Positions 1 to 8,346 of a DNA stretch of 41,642 bases are shown here, one piece after another. The translations under genes and the position numbers were made by a program. The notes under the pieces were generated by a model. It was given only the letters and a program-made list of their open reading frames with translations, had not been told where the DNA came from and did not search any database. The stretch is from a virus. Taxonomy: Duplodnaviria > Heunggongvirae > Uroviricota > Caudoviricetes. The stretch lies in the IMG/VR virus record IMGVR_UViG_2541047897_000010; one strand, given 5' to 3'. The first letter of the stretch is position 1; the number at the start of each line of letters is the position of its first letter.

Positions 1-474
1 ATGTACAGTCCGGTACAAATAGCCAATAAATTCATAACGTTGGGAAACCAACATCATAATCCTCTGACCCACATGCAACTGCAGAAGCTTACTTATATTG
101 CCCATGGTTACTATTTAGCATTAACAGGTAAGCCTTTGCTCAATGAATGTGTCTCCGCGTGGAAGTACGGTCCAGTTATTCCTGGAATGTACGATGCTTT
201 CAAAGACTATGGGAATAAACCTGTTACGAATGTAGCAGTAGCTCCTTTTGGTGGCATCGTTACTATGGATCCGCAAGCAGAGAGCATTATCGGGGCTGTT
301 TATAAGTTTTACGGCTCGAAAAATGGAATTGAGTTATCAACTCTAACTCATATGCCAGGTACGCCTTGGTCACAAGCTTATAATGGTATTGGCTCGTCAA
401 TCATCTCAAATGATGCGATCAAGGCTTATTATCATGATTTATTGAATAACCGACAGCAATGTCAGGGCCTCTGA
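1..474 (+). CDS. Panacea/DUF4065-domain protein (SocA/PanA-like putative antitoxin or Abi component); upstream context not visible
   Basis: 157-aa ORF with motifs recalled for DUF4065 (KLQKLTYIAHGYYLA, WKYGPVIPGMYD, THMPGTPW); AT-rich DNA. Confidence 0.6.
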   Translation: MYSPVQIANKFITLGNQHHNPLTHMQLQKLTYIAHGYYLALTGKPLLNECVSAWKYGPVIPGMYDAFKDYGNKPVTNVAVAPFGGIVTMDPQAESIIGAVYKFYGSKNGIELSTLTHMPGTPWSQAYNGIGSSIISNDAIKAYYHDLLNNRQQCQGL

Positions 475-495
475 AAAGTAATATTCAGGGATGAC

Positions 496-1044
496 ATGTC
501 TCACAATTCAGATATTTATAAACTTATCGGAGCGGCCGCAGGTGTTGAAAATGGTCGCTCTGAAGCATCCTTAAACTCTACTGACAGTCAAGAACAGGTT
601 TTTAAATCTGCATTTGAGCCGTCTAATCATGAGAGCGACGATGATTCTTCTTCAGAAAATAAAGCTATTCTGGAGGCAGAAGAGTTTGGTTCTAATACTG
701 GTGCATTGCATGAGTTTATGCAGCAGAACAGAATGGACAGTCTTCAAGCTCAGCTTGATATGCTCAAATCACAAGTACGGGATAAGATAGCTGACGCAAC
801 TGGTAAAGAAATAGACAATGAGCTTCGGACAAAAATGGCCTCATTCACGGTTTGGTTTATGTCGTGTTGGTGCTTATTCGTTGTCGCAATGTTTACATCG
901 TTTCTTATTGCACATGAAGGAAAGCCTCCAGTTGAAGCGATCGTTGCATTACTAGGTACAAGTACAATTAGTATTGTTGGTTTGGTTGGTTTCGTTGTTA
1001 GTGGATTGTTCAAATCAAGAAAAGATAGTGATAAAGAAAAATAA
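496..1044 (+). CDS. Small membrane protein, acidic N-terminal region and two C-terminal transmembrane helices; candidate toxin/effector partner of the Panacea protein
   Basis: 182-aa ORF 22 nt downstream of the Panacea gene; AGGGA SD 5 nt before ATG; hydrophobic stretches FTVWFMSCWCLFVVAMFTSFLIA and IVALLGTSTISIVGLVGFVV. Confidence 0.5.
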   Translation: MSHNSDIYKLIGAAAGVENGRSEASLNSTDSQEQVFKSAFEPSNHESDDDSSSENKAILEAEEFGSNTGALHEFMQQNRMDSLQAQLDMLKSQVRDKIADATGKEIDNELRTKMASFTVWFMSCWCLFVVAMFTSFLIAHEGKPPVEAIVALLGTSTISIVGLVGFVVSGLFKSRKDSDKEK

Positions 1045-1075
1045 CCCGTACATATACGGGTTATCCATAGTTTTA
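1043..1075. terminator. Bidirectional rho-independent terminator between convergent genes
   Basis: Perfect 8-bp stem AACCCGTA/TACGGGTT (1043-1050, 1055-1062) with 4-nt loop, T-rich on both sides. Confidence 0.5.
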
Positions 1076-1077
1076 GT

Positions 1078-1350
1078 TTAGTTATATTTTTGTTTTTCCG
1101 TTCTGACTTTTTCCCACTCAGCTCGCCCTTCTTCCCGTCTTTTGTCAATATATTCCGCAAGATCCTGAATGTTGATGCAGCGTTTTGCTTTTTGTGATGT
1201 ACCGATGCGATATGTAGGTACAGGCAACTTACAAGCGTTTGCTTTTGCTTCTGCTGTGGCTGGACTCATACCAAAGTATTTTTGACTAACTGCTGAGAGT
1301 TCAATGTTAGGGGTATTGAATTCAGCCATCAGTAAAAACAAGGTGTTCAT
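1078..1350 (-). CDS. PrtN-like / excisionase-like small DNA-binding protein
   Basis: ORF with start MNTLFLLMAEF at 1350 (GGAG 6 nt upstream); sequence pattern recalled for pyocin-activator PrtN family; ORF track gives a longer version from 1377. Confidence 0.45.
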   Translation of the reverse strand: MNTLFLLMAEFNTPNIELSAVSQKYFGMSPATAEAKANACKLPVPTYRIGTSQKAKRCINIQDLAEYIDKRREEGRAEWEKVRTEKQKYN

Positions 1351-1386
1351 AATTTTCTCCATCAAAACCGGCTGCACCCGGGAAAA

Positions 1387-1959
1387 TCATAATTCTGTGC
1401 TGGTGGCAGGAATTAATTTCTGCCAGATAGCGGAAACATATTTTGCCTGATGACGGGCATCGGCCAGGGCGTTGTGCCGTTCGCCATCGAAAGGCATGTC
1501 CATTTTGGGGTCGAATCCGATGGAACGCCCAAGCGTAACGATCGTGCGTACATCGTGGTCATTCCAGTATGCCCACGGGCAGATTTGTCCTGCTCGCTCG
1601 TAAGCTCCACGTAAAATTACGTTGTCGAAGGTGGCCCCGTTACCCCAGACTTTTAAATATTTTGTATTGTCTGCATGCTGATTAATGAAATGGCTCAGTT
1701 CAGAGAGTGCATCGCTGATCGACAAAGTATCATCAATACAGATTGCAGCTCGTGCTTCAGAGCTCTGTTTCAACCACCACAGGATGGTATCGCCGTCAGG
1801 TGTAGCTCCTTGCTTCATAGCACTGTCCAGGCTAACAACCGTATAGAATTCTTGTCCGATGTCTCCGGTTTCTGGAGTGAAGAACACCGCGCCAATGGAA
1901 ACGATCGGTGCATCCTTATTTTTCCCCATCGTCTCAAGGTCGATCATTAAGTTGTTCAT
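1387..1959 (-). CDS. DEDD-type 3'-5' exonuclease (DnaQ-like)
   Basis: N-terminal MIDLETMG motif (Exo I D-x-E), C-terminal H-x4-D motif region; ATG at 1959 with GAGGTGA SD. Confidence 0.6.
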   Translation of the reverse strand: MNNLMIDLETMGKNKDAPIVSIGAVFFTPETGDIGQEFYTVVSLDSAMKQGATPDGDTILWWLKQSSEARAAICIDDTLSISDALSELSHFINQHADNTKYLKVWGNGATFDNVILRGAYERAGQICPWAYWNDHDVRTIVTLGRSIGFDPKMDMPFDGERHNALADARHQAKYVSAIWQKLIPATSTEL

Positions 1960-2768
1960 CACTTCACCTCTTGTGATGGTTTTGCTGCAAAATACTCGAT
2001 ACCTTTATCCCAGATAGATTTTATGGTCGACCACGTGACTGGCACTTTAATTTCAATACGTCCGCTCCCGTCACAGGTATCGCAATCATCATCGCCAAAG
2101 CATTCCAGGCAGCTTATAAACGTAGTTTCTGAAAATTCACCGGATAGCGCCCCCTTAGCGCCGTTCTCGGCTGTTAGTCTCTTCGGCACCATAACCCAAC
2201 CATCCGGAGTTACCGGAGAGTTGCCAGACAGTGCGTTCTGCAATCGTTCCAGCTTAACGTATTCCTGAACCCTGTTTCCGTCGCACGCCTGAAGCCATTG
2301 CACAGCCTTTTGCGCATCAGTGTGAAAGGCACAAGTGCGACCGTCATCAAATTGCATTTCGTAGAGGTCAGCAACCTGTTTAAACTGCGTTTGTGGCAAC
2401 TTGTAAGCCTGGCTTGCAGGTACGGCACCATAGAGCATGGCAGCGCGGCAGGCGTTCCAGCCTTCATCAAAACCGACTATGCCATTATTTAAAGACGGAC
2501 GAGCATCTGGCACCACCGGCACTGGCTTGGCTATATATAGCGGCTGAACATACCAGCCCTTTGATAACCAACTGTCAGCAATGTTTTTACTCCTGGTTAT
2601 TGCCGGAATACCTAAGCCATTGTCTGAATGCAGCCATGCCACCGGATCCTCTTCCAGCGATGCCAGAGCAATTTCATAAGCACGGCGCTCAACATTGTCT
2701 CGCACGTCCATGCTGCTGATTCGTTCTTTGATTTCTTTAATCAGTTCTTTATCGGTAAATGTGGTCAT
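1959..2768 (-). CDS. Hypothetical phage early protein (Cys-rich C-terminus)
   Basis: 269-aa ORF, GGAG SD, start/stop overlaps with neighbours typical of an operon. Confidence 0.5.
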   Translation of the reverse strand: MTTFTDKELIKEIKERISSMDVRDNVERRAYEIALASLEEDPVAWLHSDNGLGIPAITRSKNIADSWLSKGWYVQPLYIAKPVPVVPDARPSLNNGIVGFDEGWNACRAAMLYGAVPASQAYKLPQTQFKQVADLYEMQFDDGRTCAFHTDAQKAVQWLQACDGNRVQEYVKLERLQNALSGNSPVTPDGWVMVPKRLTAENGAKGALSGEFSETTFISCLECFGDDDCDTCDGSGRIEIKVPVTWSTIKSIWDKGIEYFAAKPSQEVK

Positions 2769-3130
2769 TATGCTCCAGCCTCCGGTGCTTTTGGCATTAC
2801 TGCCCAGTGAGTGATGTTGACGTTTTCAAGGTCCCCGACCTGAAATATCCACTGCCATTCTCCGGTTTCTTTTTGCCCCCATGTATACCAGAGAGAACGC
2901 CAGCCAATCAGCCAGCCTTCTCCATTAGCATCAAATAACAGAACACTTTCATTCGCTGGCGGCAGTTCAGCTGACACTGGTATTACTTTGTTTTCCAGTG
3001 CTGCACATTTAGCTTCAAGCGCATCAAATTTACGCACCAGGTATTCAGCATCCGTTTCATTCACTTTCAGATCTCGCGGTACACATTTCCCGCGAAGAAA
3101 TCCTTCCATTTCGAAAACATTCATGCGCAT
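2768..3130 (-). CDS. DUF551-like hypothetical protein (CPS-53 YfdS-like by position and length)
   Basis: 120-aa ORF with Trp-rich C-terminal region (GWLIGW...WYTWGQ); overlapping stop/start with upstream gene. Confidence 0.5.
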   Translation of the reverse strand: MRMNVFEMEGFLRGKCVPRDLKVNETDAEYLVRKFDALEAKCAALENKVIPVSAELPPANESVLLFDANGEGWLIGWRSLWYTWGQKETGEWQWIFQVGDLENVNITHWAVMPKAPEAGA

Positions 3131-3657
3131 TTGCGTAACTCCGATAATTCGTTAAAGCGTTCCATAAACATCCCGTAGGCATGGCCTGGAGCCAGTGGAA
3201 TCACGTTGAACATCTCTGTTGCCGGGATACCTTCCAGTACAGGCCAGAAAGAGCCATCATCAAGCCCGAGATCGCGGCGTTCGGTTGCCAGCATGATGAG
3301 ATCGGCATATTTCACGGGCGTACTCATAACCGGTGGTAACCCGTATTTCTCACGGATTACGGCGTCTATTTTTTCTTCCATCCGTTTATAGTCAGGAAGA
3401 AGGCGTTTCAGTGGTGCGGGAATGTCCTGGCAATACGCTTCTGTTGCATCATGCATTAACGCTTCAAAAGCAAATTCCTGCGGCACCAGCTGGCTGCAAA
3501 GAACCGCATGTTGGGCGACGCTGTAGAAGTGCGAAAGATGACCGGCAAAGCGACAGATATTTGAAAGGGAAACCGCGATATCGTTAATATCGATGTCGTC
3601 TTTATTTATCCTGTCATAATAAAAATGCTTCCCGGAAAAAGTTTTAATAAATGACAT
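3121..3657 (-). CDS. yfdR: HD-domain phosphohydrolase (YfdR-like 5'-deoxynucleotidase)
   Basis: HD motif (ALMHDATEAY) and upstream His (FAGHLSHF); start chosen at MSFIKTF (ATG 3655-3657) giving 178 aa; ORF track extends to a GTG at 3684. Confidence 0.6.
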   Translation of the reverse strand: MSFIKTFSGKHFYYDRINKDDIDINDIAVSLSNICRFAGHLSHFYSVAQHAVLCSQLVPQEFAFEALMHDATEAYCQDIPAPLKRLLPDYKRMEEKIDAVIREKYGLPPVMSTPVKYADLIMLATERRDLGLDDGSFWPVLEGIPATEMFNVIPLAPGHAYGMFMERFNELSELRKCA

Positions 3658-3784
3658 TTTGTTTTCCACGTATATGCGCTGCACCGCGCTGAATTCTGCT
3701 AAAAAGAATCCCTCACCATCCGGTGATTATTGAGTTAATTACGTTTCCATAAATGCCCCCGCAGGGGCATTTGCAGTAATGAAA

Positions 3785-4609
3785 TCAGGCGGTGAAAGTA
3801 CCAATAAAGGTTTCTACTTTGCTGTCTTTGAATTTCTCAACAAGCAGATCACGAAATTCGTTAGCCATTTCTTCCTGCACCGCTTCCAGCTGAATAATGC
3901 GCAGAACCAGTACAGGACGATCGCCAGTGATAATGCTGAGGCGTAATTTAAACGGACGTTCTTTCAGACCTTCAAACGGAACGCATTTAAATTCAAATGC
4001 CACTGGCATAATGTCTTTGGTCTTCGCTTCGACAGACTCCATCAGGGAGCGTTTGCCGCTGAAGTCATTGTCTTCAAAATCAGCGGTCTGGTTCGCTTCA
4101 ATTGTGATTTTACGGATCGCCGCAGCCGCTTTGGTTGCCTGAATGGCGTCACCATTAGCATCAAAGCCCACAAGGTAGTCGGCCCAGTCTTCAATCCATT
4201 CTGCCAGTGACTTCTGGGAGTTACGCTCGCCATTAACAGACAACAGAGCAGAGAACGGTGCTGTCTTTTTCAGTTTGAGAGTGGCGGTGTTATCTGCGTG
4301 ACCTGGTTCATCAATAGTACCCAGGTTAAGCACACTGACGGCTCGCATATTATCGGCATCGATAAAGCAGCGGGTGCCTTCATCTGCAAGATCTTTAGAA
4401 TAACGGGTAAAGTCATCGATGCTGGCAGTGGAAAGTGCACCACGGAAACGGAAACGATTTAAATTAAATTTTTCCAGATCATGAATGCGGAAATTCTCAG
4501 GCAATGCCACAGCATCGGCACCAATCTTACTGATAATTTCATTAACACCCTGAGCAGAAATAAGGGCATGGATTTGATTAATTGCGGTTGCGTCTAAGTT
4601 CTGAGACAT
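3785..4609 (-). CDS. yfdQ: DUF2303 family protein (YfdQ-like)
   Basis: 274-aa ORF, GAGGA SD; length and sequence recalled as matching K-12 CPS-53 YfdQ. Confidence 0.55.
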   Translation of the reverse strand: MSQNLDATAINQIHALISAQGVNEIISKIGADAVALPENFRIHDLEKFNLNRFRFRGALSTASIDDFTRYSKDLADEGTRCFIDADNMRAVSVLNLGTIDEPGHADNTATLKLKKTAPFSALLSVNGERNSQKSLAEWIEDWADYLVGFDANGDAIQATKAAAAIRKITIEANQTADFEDNDFSGKRSLMESVEAKTKDIMPVAFEFKCVPFEGLKERPFKLRLSIITGDRPVLVLRIIQLEAVQEEMANEFRDLLVEKFKDSKVETFIGTFTA

Positions 4610-4674
4610 AATAAGTCCTCACTATATAAAGATATTCAGTGATGAGATAAATAATCAGTTTATTAAGAACGATA

Positions 4675-5037
4675 TTAATGACCTGCTGCGCGGAGTTTTC
4701 CGTCAGGTTCACCGGCAAGAGTCAGTAATTGTCCCTGGTCTTCCTGCAGAATAGTCAGGCGGCCACCGCGATTGACATACATCGGCGTTTCGGTGGTGTC
4801 TTCTTCGGAAATTTTCCCGCGGTTAGTCGGGCGAACATATGAGAGTTTGTGTTTGATTTTCACACGGTTCTCATCAAATGGTTCGATTTCCAGGTTGAGC
4901 GAGACCTTACCTTTGGTTTTCGTGTTCATCACACCGGAAGCGACTTCACTGAGAACTGCGCCGATTTTGGTTTCAAATACGCCGCCGTCCAGCTCCCCGA
5001 TAAATGCCTGCACATCAGTACTGCGTTCGCTAGCCAT
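4675..5037 (-). CDS. Hypothetical early protein (YfdP-like); internal start chosen
   Basis: ATG at 5035-5037 preceded by AGGAG (7-nt spacing); 120 aa; longer ORF to 5223 lacks an SD and crosses hairpins. Confidence 0.5.
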   Translation of the reverse strand: MASERSTDVQAFIGELDGGVFETKIGAVLSEVASGVMNTKTKGKVSLNLEIEPFDENRVKIKHKLSYVRPTNRGKISEEDTTETPMYVNRGGRLTILQEDQGQLLTLAGEPDGKLRAAGH

Positions 5038-5085
5038 TTTGCTGCTCCTCATCATATCGACCCTGCAAGGTCGGTTAGTTTCTCC

Positions 5086-5174
5086 ACAAAACAGAGAAGA
5101 ACACCTGCGGTGGCAGCCGCCCGGATGGATTGGGTTATGAGCCCGTCGTCCGGTGATGCTCTTCTCTGTTTTGT
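5086..5174 (-). promoter_or_regulatory. Long RNA hairpin in early-left leader (15-bp stem ACAAAACAGAGAAGA / TCTTCTCTGTTTTGT)
   Basis: Perfect 15-bp inverted repeat 5086-5100 vs 5160-5174 with about 59-nt loop, upstream of first early-left gene. Confidence 0.4.
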
Positions 5175-5220
5175 AAAAAGAGCGGTACCAGCCGGAAGCA
5201 AGTGTACAAACTGGTACCGC
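5172..5220 (-). terminator. tL-like rho-independent terminator in the early-left leader
   Basis: 10-bp stem GCGGTACCAG/CTGGTACCGC (5182-5191, 5211-5220) followed on the minus strand by UCUUUUUA. Confidence 0.45.
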
Positions 5221-5651
5221 CAAAGCAGTGGCTGTTGTGGTGACCGGTGCTGATCTCCGGCTTGCGGTTATTTCAGACTCTCACGGGCGTTTAATTGCCC
5301 CGCCGAACAGCTCTTTTCCGCAATAGCTGCAATGTCTTTCGCGCATCAGCCTGCGCATTCACCACAACGCTGAGAGCACTTAGCCAGTTACGGCACCACA
5401 CTTTGTCGCGGTTCCATAAATGCCCTCATCGTTGCACCCTGGTCTCTTCCCAGGTGTCAAACCGAACCGCCACGCTGGTTAGGCGTCTTATCAGCATCAT
5501 CATTGACTTGCACATTCCGGCTACCTGGTTTGTTTGCCCGAGCAAGGAGTGGATTGTCCCCTTTAACGTCCCCAGACCGCTAACGACGCATGTGCCATAC
5601 GCCGTGTTACAACCAAATTTTGTTTAATCTTGCCTGTGACATGTTTCTTTT

Positions 5652-5668
5652 AGATACATTATGTATCT
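5652..5668. promoter_or_regulatory. Perfect 17-bp palindrome, candidate left operator (OL)
   Basis: AGATACAT-T-ATGTATCT just beyond the cI 3' end and terminator. Confidence 0.35.
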
Positions 5669-5688
5669 CAAGGGTACATTGTCAAGTA

Positions 5689-5712
5689 TAAAAAAACCTG
5701 CCGAAGCAGGTT
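5689..5712 (-). terminator. Rho-independent terminator of cI
   Basis: On minus strand: ACCTGC-TTCG-GCAGGT stem-loop followed by seven U; 12 nt after cI stop. Confidence 0.6.
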
Positions 5713-5723
5713 ATAAATATTGA

Positions 5724-6398
5724 TTAGGCCTTTATTTTGTATCTTCTTGGTTTTCCTGAGAAAATTACTGTACCAATTATAGAGCAATTACCGTTGATCT
5801 TAATGTAAGGTTCAGGCCAGTTTGGGTTTAATGCTTTGAGGTAACGCTGTGTTCCATCTTCTATCAACCGCTTAAAGGTGGTTTCGCCTGTATCGTGCAT
5901 CAATGCAATAACGTCGTCACCGTGGCAGGCAGGGACTTCAGGATCTACAAAAATCATGTCTCCCGGGCGGTACTCATCAATCATTGAATCACCAATCACC
6001 CGCAAGATATAAGTCATTTCGCCACAGGGTACAGGGCAGGGATAAGTTTCTGCTGTGCTCAAATCAACCTCAGAATAGCCAACTTCTTTCCATGCTCCGG
6101 CCTGTACCCATGATATGACAGGGACTAACGTTATTTGTTTGTTAGTAATTGAAACATCAGGTTTTTTTGTGATGTTTGTTGTCTGGTGTTCTTGATCAAG
6201 CCATCCGACAGGCAGGTCGAAACATTTTTCGATGTGCCGTGCCATGCTGTCACCGATATTTTTAGTAGCACCATCTCCCATAAACCTGCTGGTCTGGGTT
6301 GGCTCGCGATCAATCATGGTGGCAAAGGAAGAATTCCCGCCAACACCATCTCTCAGTTTTCTGGCGTTAGACCGCCGGATGTCATGGACTGTTTTCAT
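5724..6398 (-). CDS. cI: CI-type prophage repressor (HTH plus S24 LexA-like autopeptidase domain)
   Basis: 224 aa; C-terminal S24-like region (VIGDSM...GD.I.VD); divergent to cro-like gene. Confidence 0.75.
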   Translation of the reverse strand: MKTVHDIRRSNARKLRDGVGGNSSFATMIDREPTQTSRFMGDGATKNIGDSMARHIEKCFDLPVGWLDQEHQTTNITKKPDVSITNKQITLVPVISWVQAGAWKEVGYSEVDLSTAETYPCPVPCGEMTYILRVIGDSMIDEYRPGDMIFVDPEVPACHGDDVIALMHDTGETTFKRLIEDGTQRYLKALNPNWPEPYIKINGNCSIIGTVIFSGKPRRYKIKA

Positions 6399-6414
6399 AA
6401 CGAAATTAAAACCT

Positions 6415-6433
6415 TTGTACCGATAGGGTACAA
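6415..6433. promoter_or_regulatory. Candidate right operator palindrome
   Basis: TTGTACC-GATAG-GGTACAA inverted repeat in the cI-cro intergenic region; GGGTACA half-site also present near 5671. Confidence 0.4.
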
Positions 6434-6438
6434 GTATC

Positions 6439-6466
6439 TTGAAGGTTCATCTCAATCATGTAATAT
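6439..6466 (+). promoter_or_regulatory. Candidate PR-like promoter for cro
   Basis: -35 TTGAAG (6439-6444), 16-bp spacer, -10 TAATAT (6461-6466), about 23 nt before cro ATG. Confidence 0.35.
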
Positions 6467-6488
6467 GTATATCGGAGGTACATATTGT

Positions 6489-6689
6489 ATGAAAGCGTAT
6501 TGGGACTCTTTAACCAAAGAACAGCAGGGCGAGTTGGCCGGAAAAGTTGGCTCAACACCAGGCTACTTACGGCTGGTTTTCAATGGTTATAAAAAAGCCA
6601 GTTTTGTGCTGGCTAAAAAACTTGAGCAATGCACGTCAGGTGCAATTACGAAATCTGACTTAAGACCGGATATCTATCCGAAAGATTAA
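6489..6689 (+). CDS. cro: Cro/YdaS-like HTH regulator
   Basis: 66-aa ORF, GGAGG SD 9 nt upstream; C-terminal DLRPD motif recalled for YdaS/Cro-like family; divergent from cI. Confidence 0.6.
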   Translation: MKAYWDSLTKEQQGELAGKVGSTPGYLRLVFNGYKKASFVLAKKLEQCTSGAITKSDLRPDIYPKD

Positions 6690-6720
6690 CAGAACACCTT
6701 CAATTTTTAACCACAGAACG

Positions 6721-7284
6721 ATGAGGCTAACCGTGGGTAAGCATCACTGGAAAGTAGAAAAACAGCCTGAGTGGTACGTGAAAGCTGTCAGAAAAACTAT
6801 CGCGGCGTTGCCGGGGGGTTACGCTGAAGCTGCTGAGTGGCTGGATGTAACAGAGAACGCTTTATTCAACCGCCTTCGTGCAGATGGCGATCAGATTTTC
6901 CCGCTGGGATGGGCAATGATTTTACAGCGCGCGGCTGGCACTCACTACATTGCGGATGCTGTCGCACAGTCTGCTGGTGGGGTGTTTGTATCGCTTCCTG
7001 AAATTGAGGAAGTAGAGAACGCCGATATAAACCAGCGCCTGCTGGAAGTCATCGAACAGATCGGGAGTTACTCAAAGCAGATTCGTTCGGCAATCGAAGA
7101 TGGGGTAGTGGAGCCACACGAGCAGACAGCAATTAATGATGAGTTGTATCTGTCAATTTCGAAGCTCCAGGAGCATGCAGCACTGGTCTACAAAATCTTT
7201 TGCGCTCCAGAAAAGAGTGACGCCCGCGAGTGTGCAGCTCCGGGCGTCGTGGCGTTTTGTGTCTGTGGAGAAACTAACGCATGA
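6721..7284 (+). CDS. YdaT-like / CII-like regulatory protein (tentative)
   Basis: 187-aa ORF immediately after cro-like gene; family assignment from position and memory only. Confidence 0.4.
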   Translation: MRLTVGKHHWKVEKQPEWYVKAVRKTIAALPGGYAEAAEWLDVTENALFNRLRADGDQIFPLGWAMILQRAAGTHYIADAVAQSAGGVFVSLPEIEEVENADINQRLLEVIEQIGSYSKQIRSAIEDGVVEPHEQTAINDELYLSISKLQEHAALVYKIFCAPEKSDARECAAPGVVAFCVCGETNA

Positions 7285-8117
7285 ACAGTTTAACGGCAAA
7301 TAACCGTTTGTCGCAACAGCTGGTGGTCAGCGTCGCTGAACACCTGTTGTTACGGCATGAATGCAGATTACCAAATCACCTGGCTGTAAGTAACCACAGA
7401 GAACTTTACCTGACTGTGGGGGGCGAGTTGTGCAGGAACTTAACCGCTGGTTTCGTGACGGAAGAGGGCTTTATGTCCATGTTATTCGTTGGGAGCCAGA
7501 AACACAGCGCGTTATCTATCTTCGCAAAGACTACCCGCATGAGTGCTTTAGTCCTTTGTGGAAATTCAGGCGTGATTTTGTTGAGTGTGAAGGACCACCA
7601 GCACATTGATTCTGCCATTCCGGGACGTTACACTGTTCAGGCACCTTATAAAGCGGGTGACGGGATTGGCGTCCTGGAAATGTTATCGGCGATATATGAC
7701 GCGCCAGCGTCTTTTTTATCGTCTGTGTCTGTGCACACCCAAATTATGGTGGGCTGGACGGGGGCACCGAAAGGTGCGCCGGTTTCCGATAACGCCGGTT
7801 ACGCCAACCCCGTTCAGTTCACCACCAGCGAAATTGGCGTTTCCGGTGGTGAAGGTAATTCACTGTTATCGGAGGCTGCCATCATGGCTACTGTCCCAGC
7901 CCTCACTCGTCTGAATGATGAAGACTTACATAAACTCAGTTATGTAACAACTGCACTACGTGCTCTGCGCAAGGTAACTCTTTCGGATCCGCAGGCGCAT
8001 CAGGTTTTGGTAGAAACCCTTCTTAACTTGCAGGCTGAACGTATTCGTCTGGCGGATAAGGCTAATTTTCATATTCACCGTCTCCTGAATATCAGCGGAG
8101 GGCATCGTCATGCTTAA
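7281..8117 (+). CDS. Hypothetical early protein, no family recognised
   Basis: 278-aa ORF with ATGA stop/start overlap with upstream gene. Confidence 0.4.
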   Translation: MNSLTANNRLSQQLVVSVAEHLLLRHECRLPNHLAVSNHRELYLTVGGELCRNLTAGFVTEEGFMSMLFVGSQKHSALSIFAKTTRMSALVLCGNSGVILLSVKDHQHIDSAIPGRYTVQAPYKAGDGIGVLEMLSAIYDAPASFLSSVSVHTQIMVGWTGAPKGAPVSDNAGYANPVQFTTSEIGVSGGEGNSLLSEAAIMATVPALTRLNDEDLHKLSYVTTALRALRKVTLSDPQAHQVLVETLLNLQAERIRLADKANFHIHRLLNISGGHRHA

Positions 8118-8346
8118 TCCGTTGATCCTCAATATTTGCCGTTTGCTTCAGCGTAAAAAAACATCAATTCCTACAGTTGGGCAGTGGTACACCACGCCTG
8201 CAGGGCATGTTCTACGTGTTAGCCTGGTTGACCGTGAATGTCAGAAGGTGATTTGTGAACCGCTGGGCCGTAATTACCGCATCAGTATGCCGCTTATAGC
8301 CTTTTGCTCCGGAAAAAACATGAAGCATCTCGGAGGTGCAGCATGA
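8110..8346 (+). CDS. Hypothetical small protein
   Basis: 78-aa ORF overlapping previous stop; weak support. Confidence 0.3.
   Translation: MLNPLILNICRLLQRKKTSIPTVGQWYTTPAGHVLRVSLVDRECQKVICEPLGRNYRISMPLIAFCSGKNMKHLGGAA

Noticed and set aside
4675-5223. Long 182-aa version of the first early-left gene
   Set aside because: N-terminal extension lacks an SD and overlaps the terminator and long hairpin; internal ATG at 5037 has AGGAG at ideal spacing.
5295-5627. 110-aa ORF on the plus strand in the early-left leader
   Set aside because: Arg/Cys/Thr-rich low-complexity translation, no SD, wrong orientation for the PL operon; region is better explained as structured leader RNA.
6186-6689. 167-aa ORF extending the cro-like gene upstream
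   Set aside because: Extension runs antisense through the cI N-terminus and the operator/promoter region; ATG at 6489 has a GGAGG SD.
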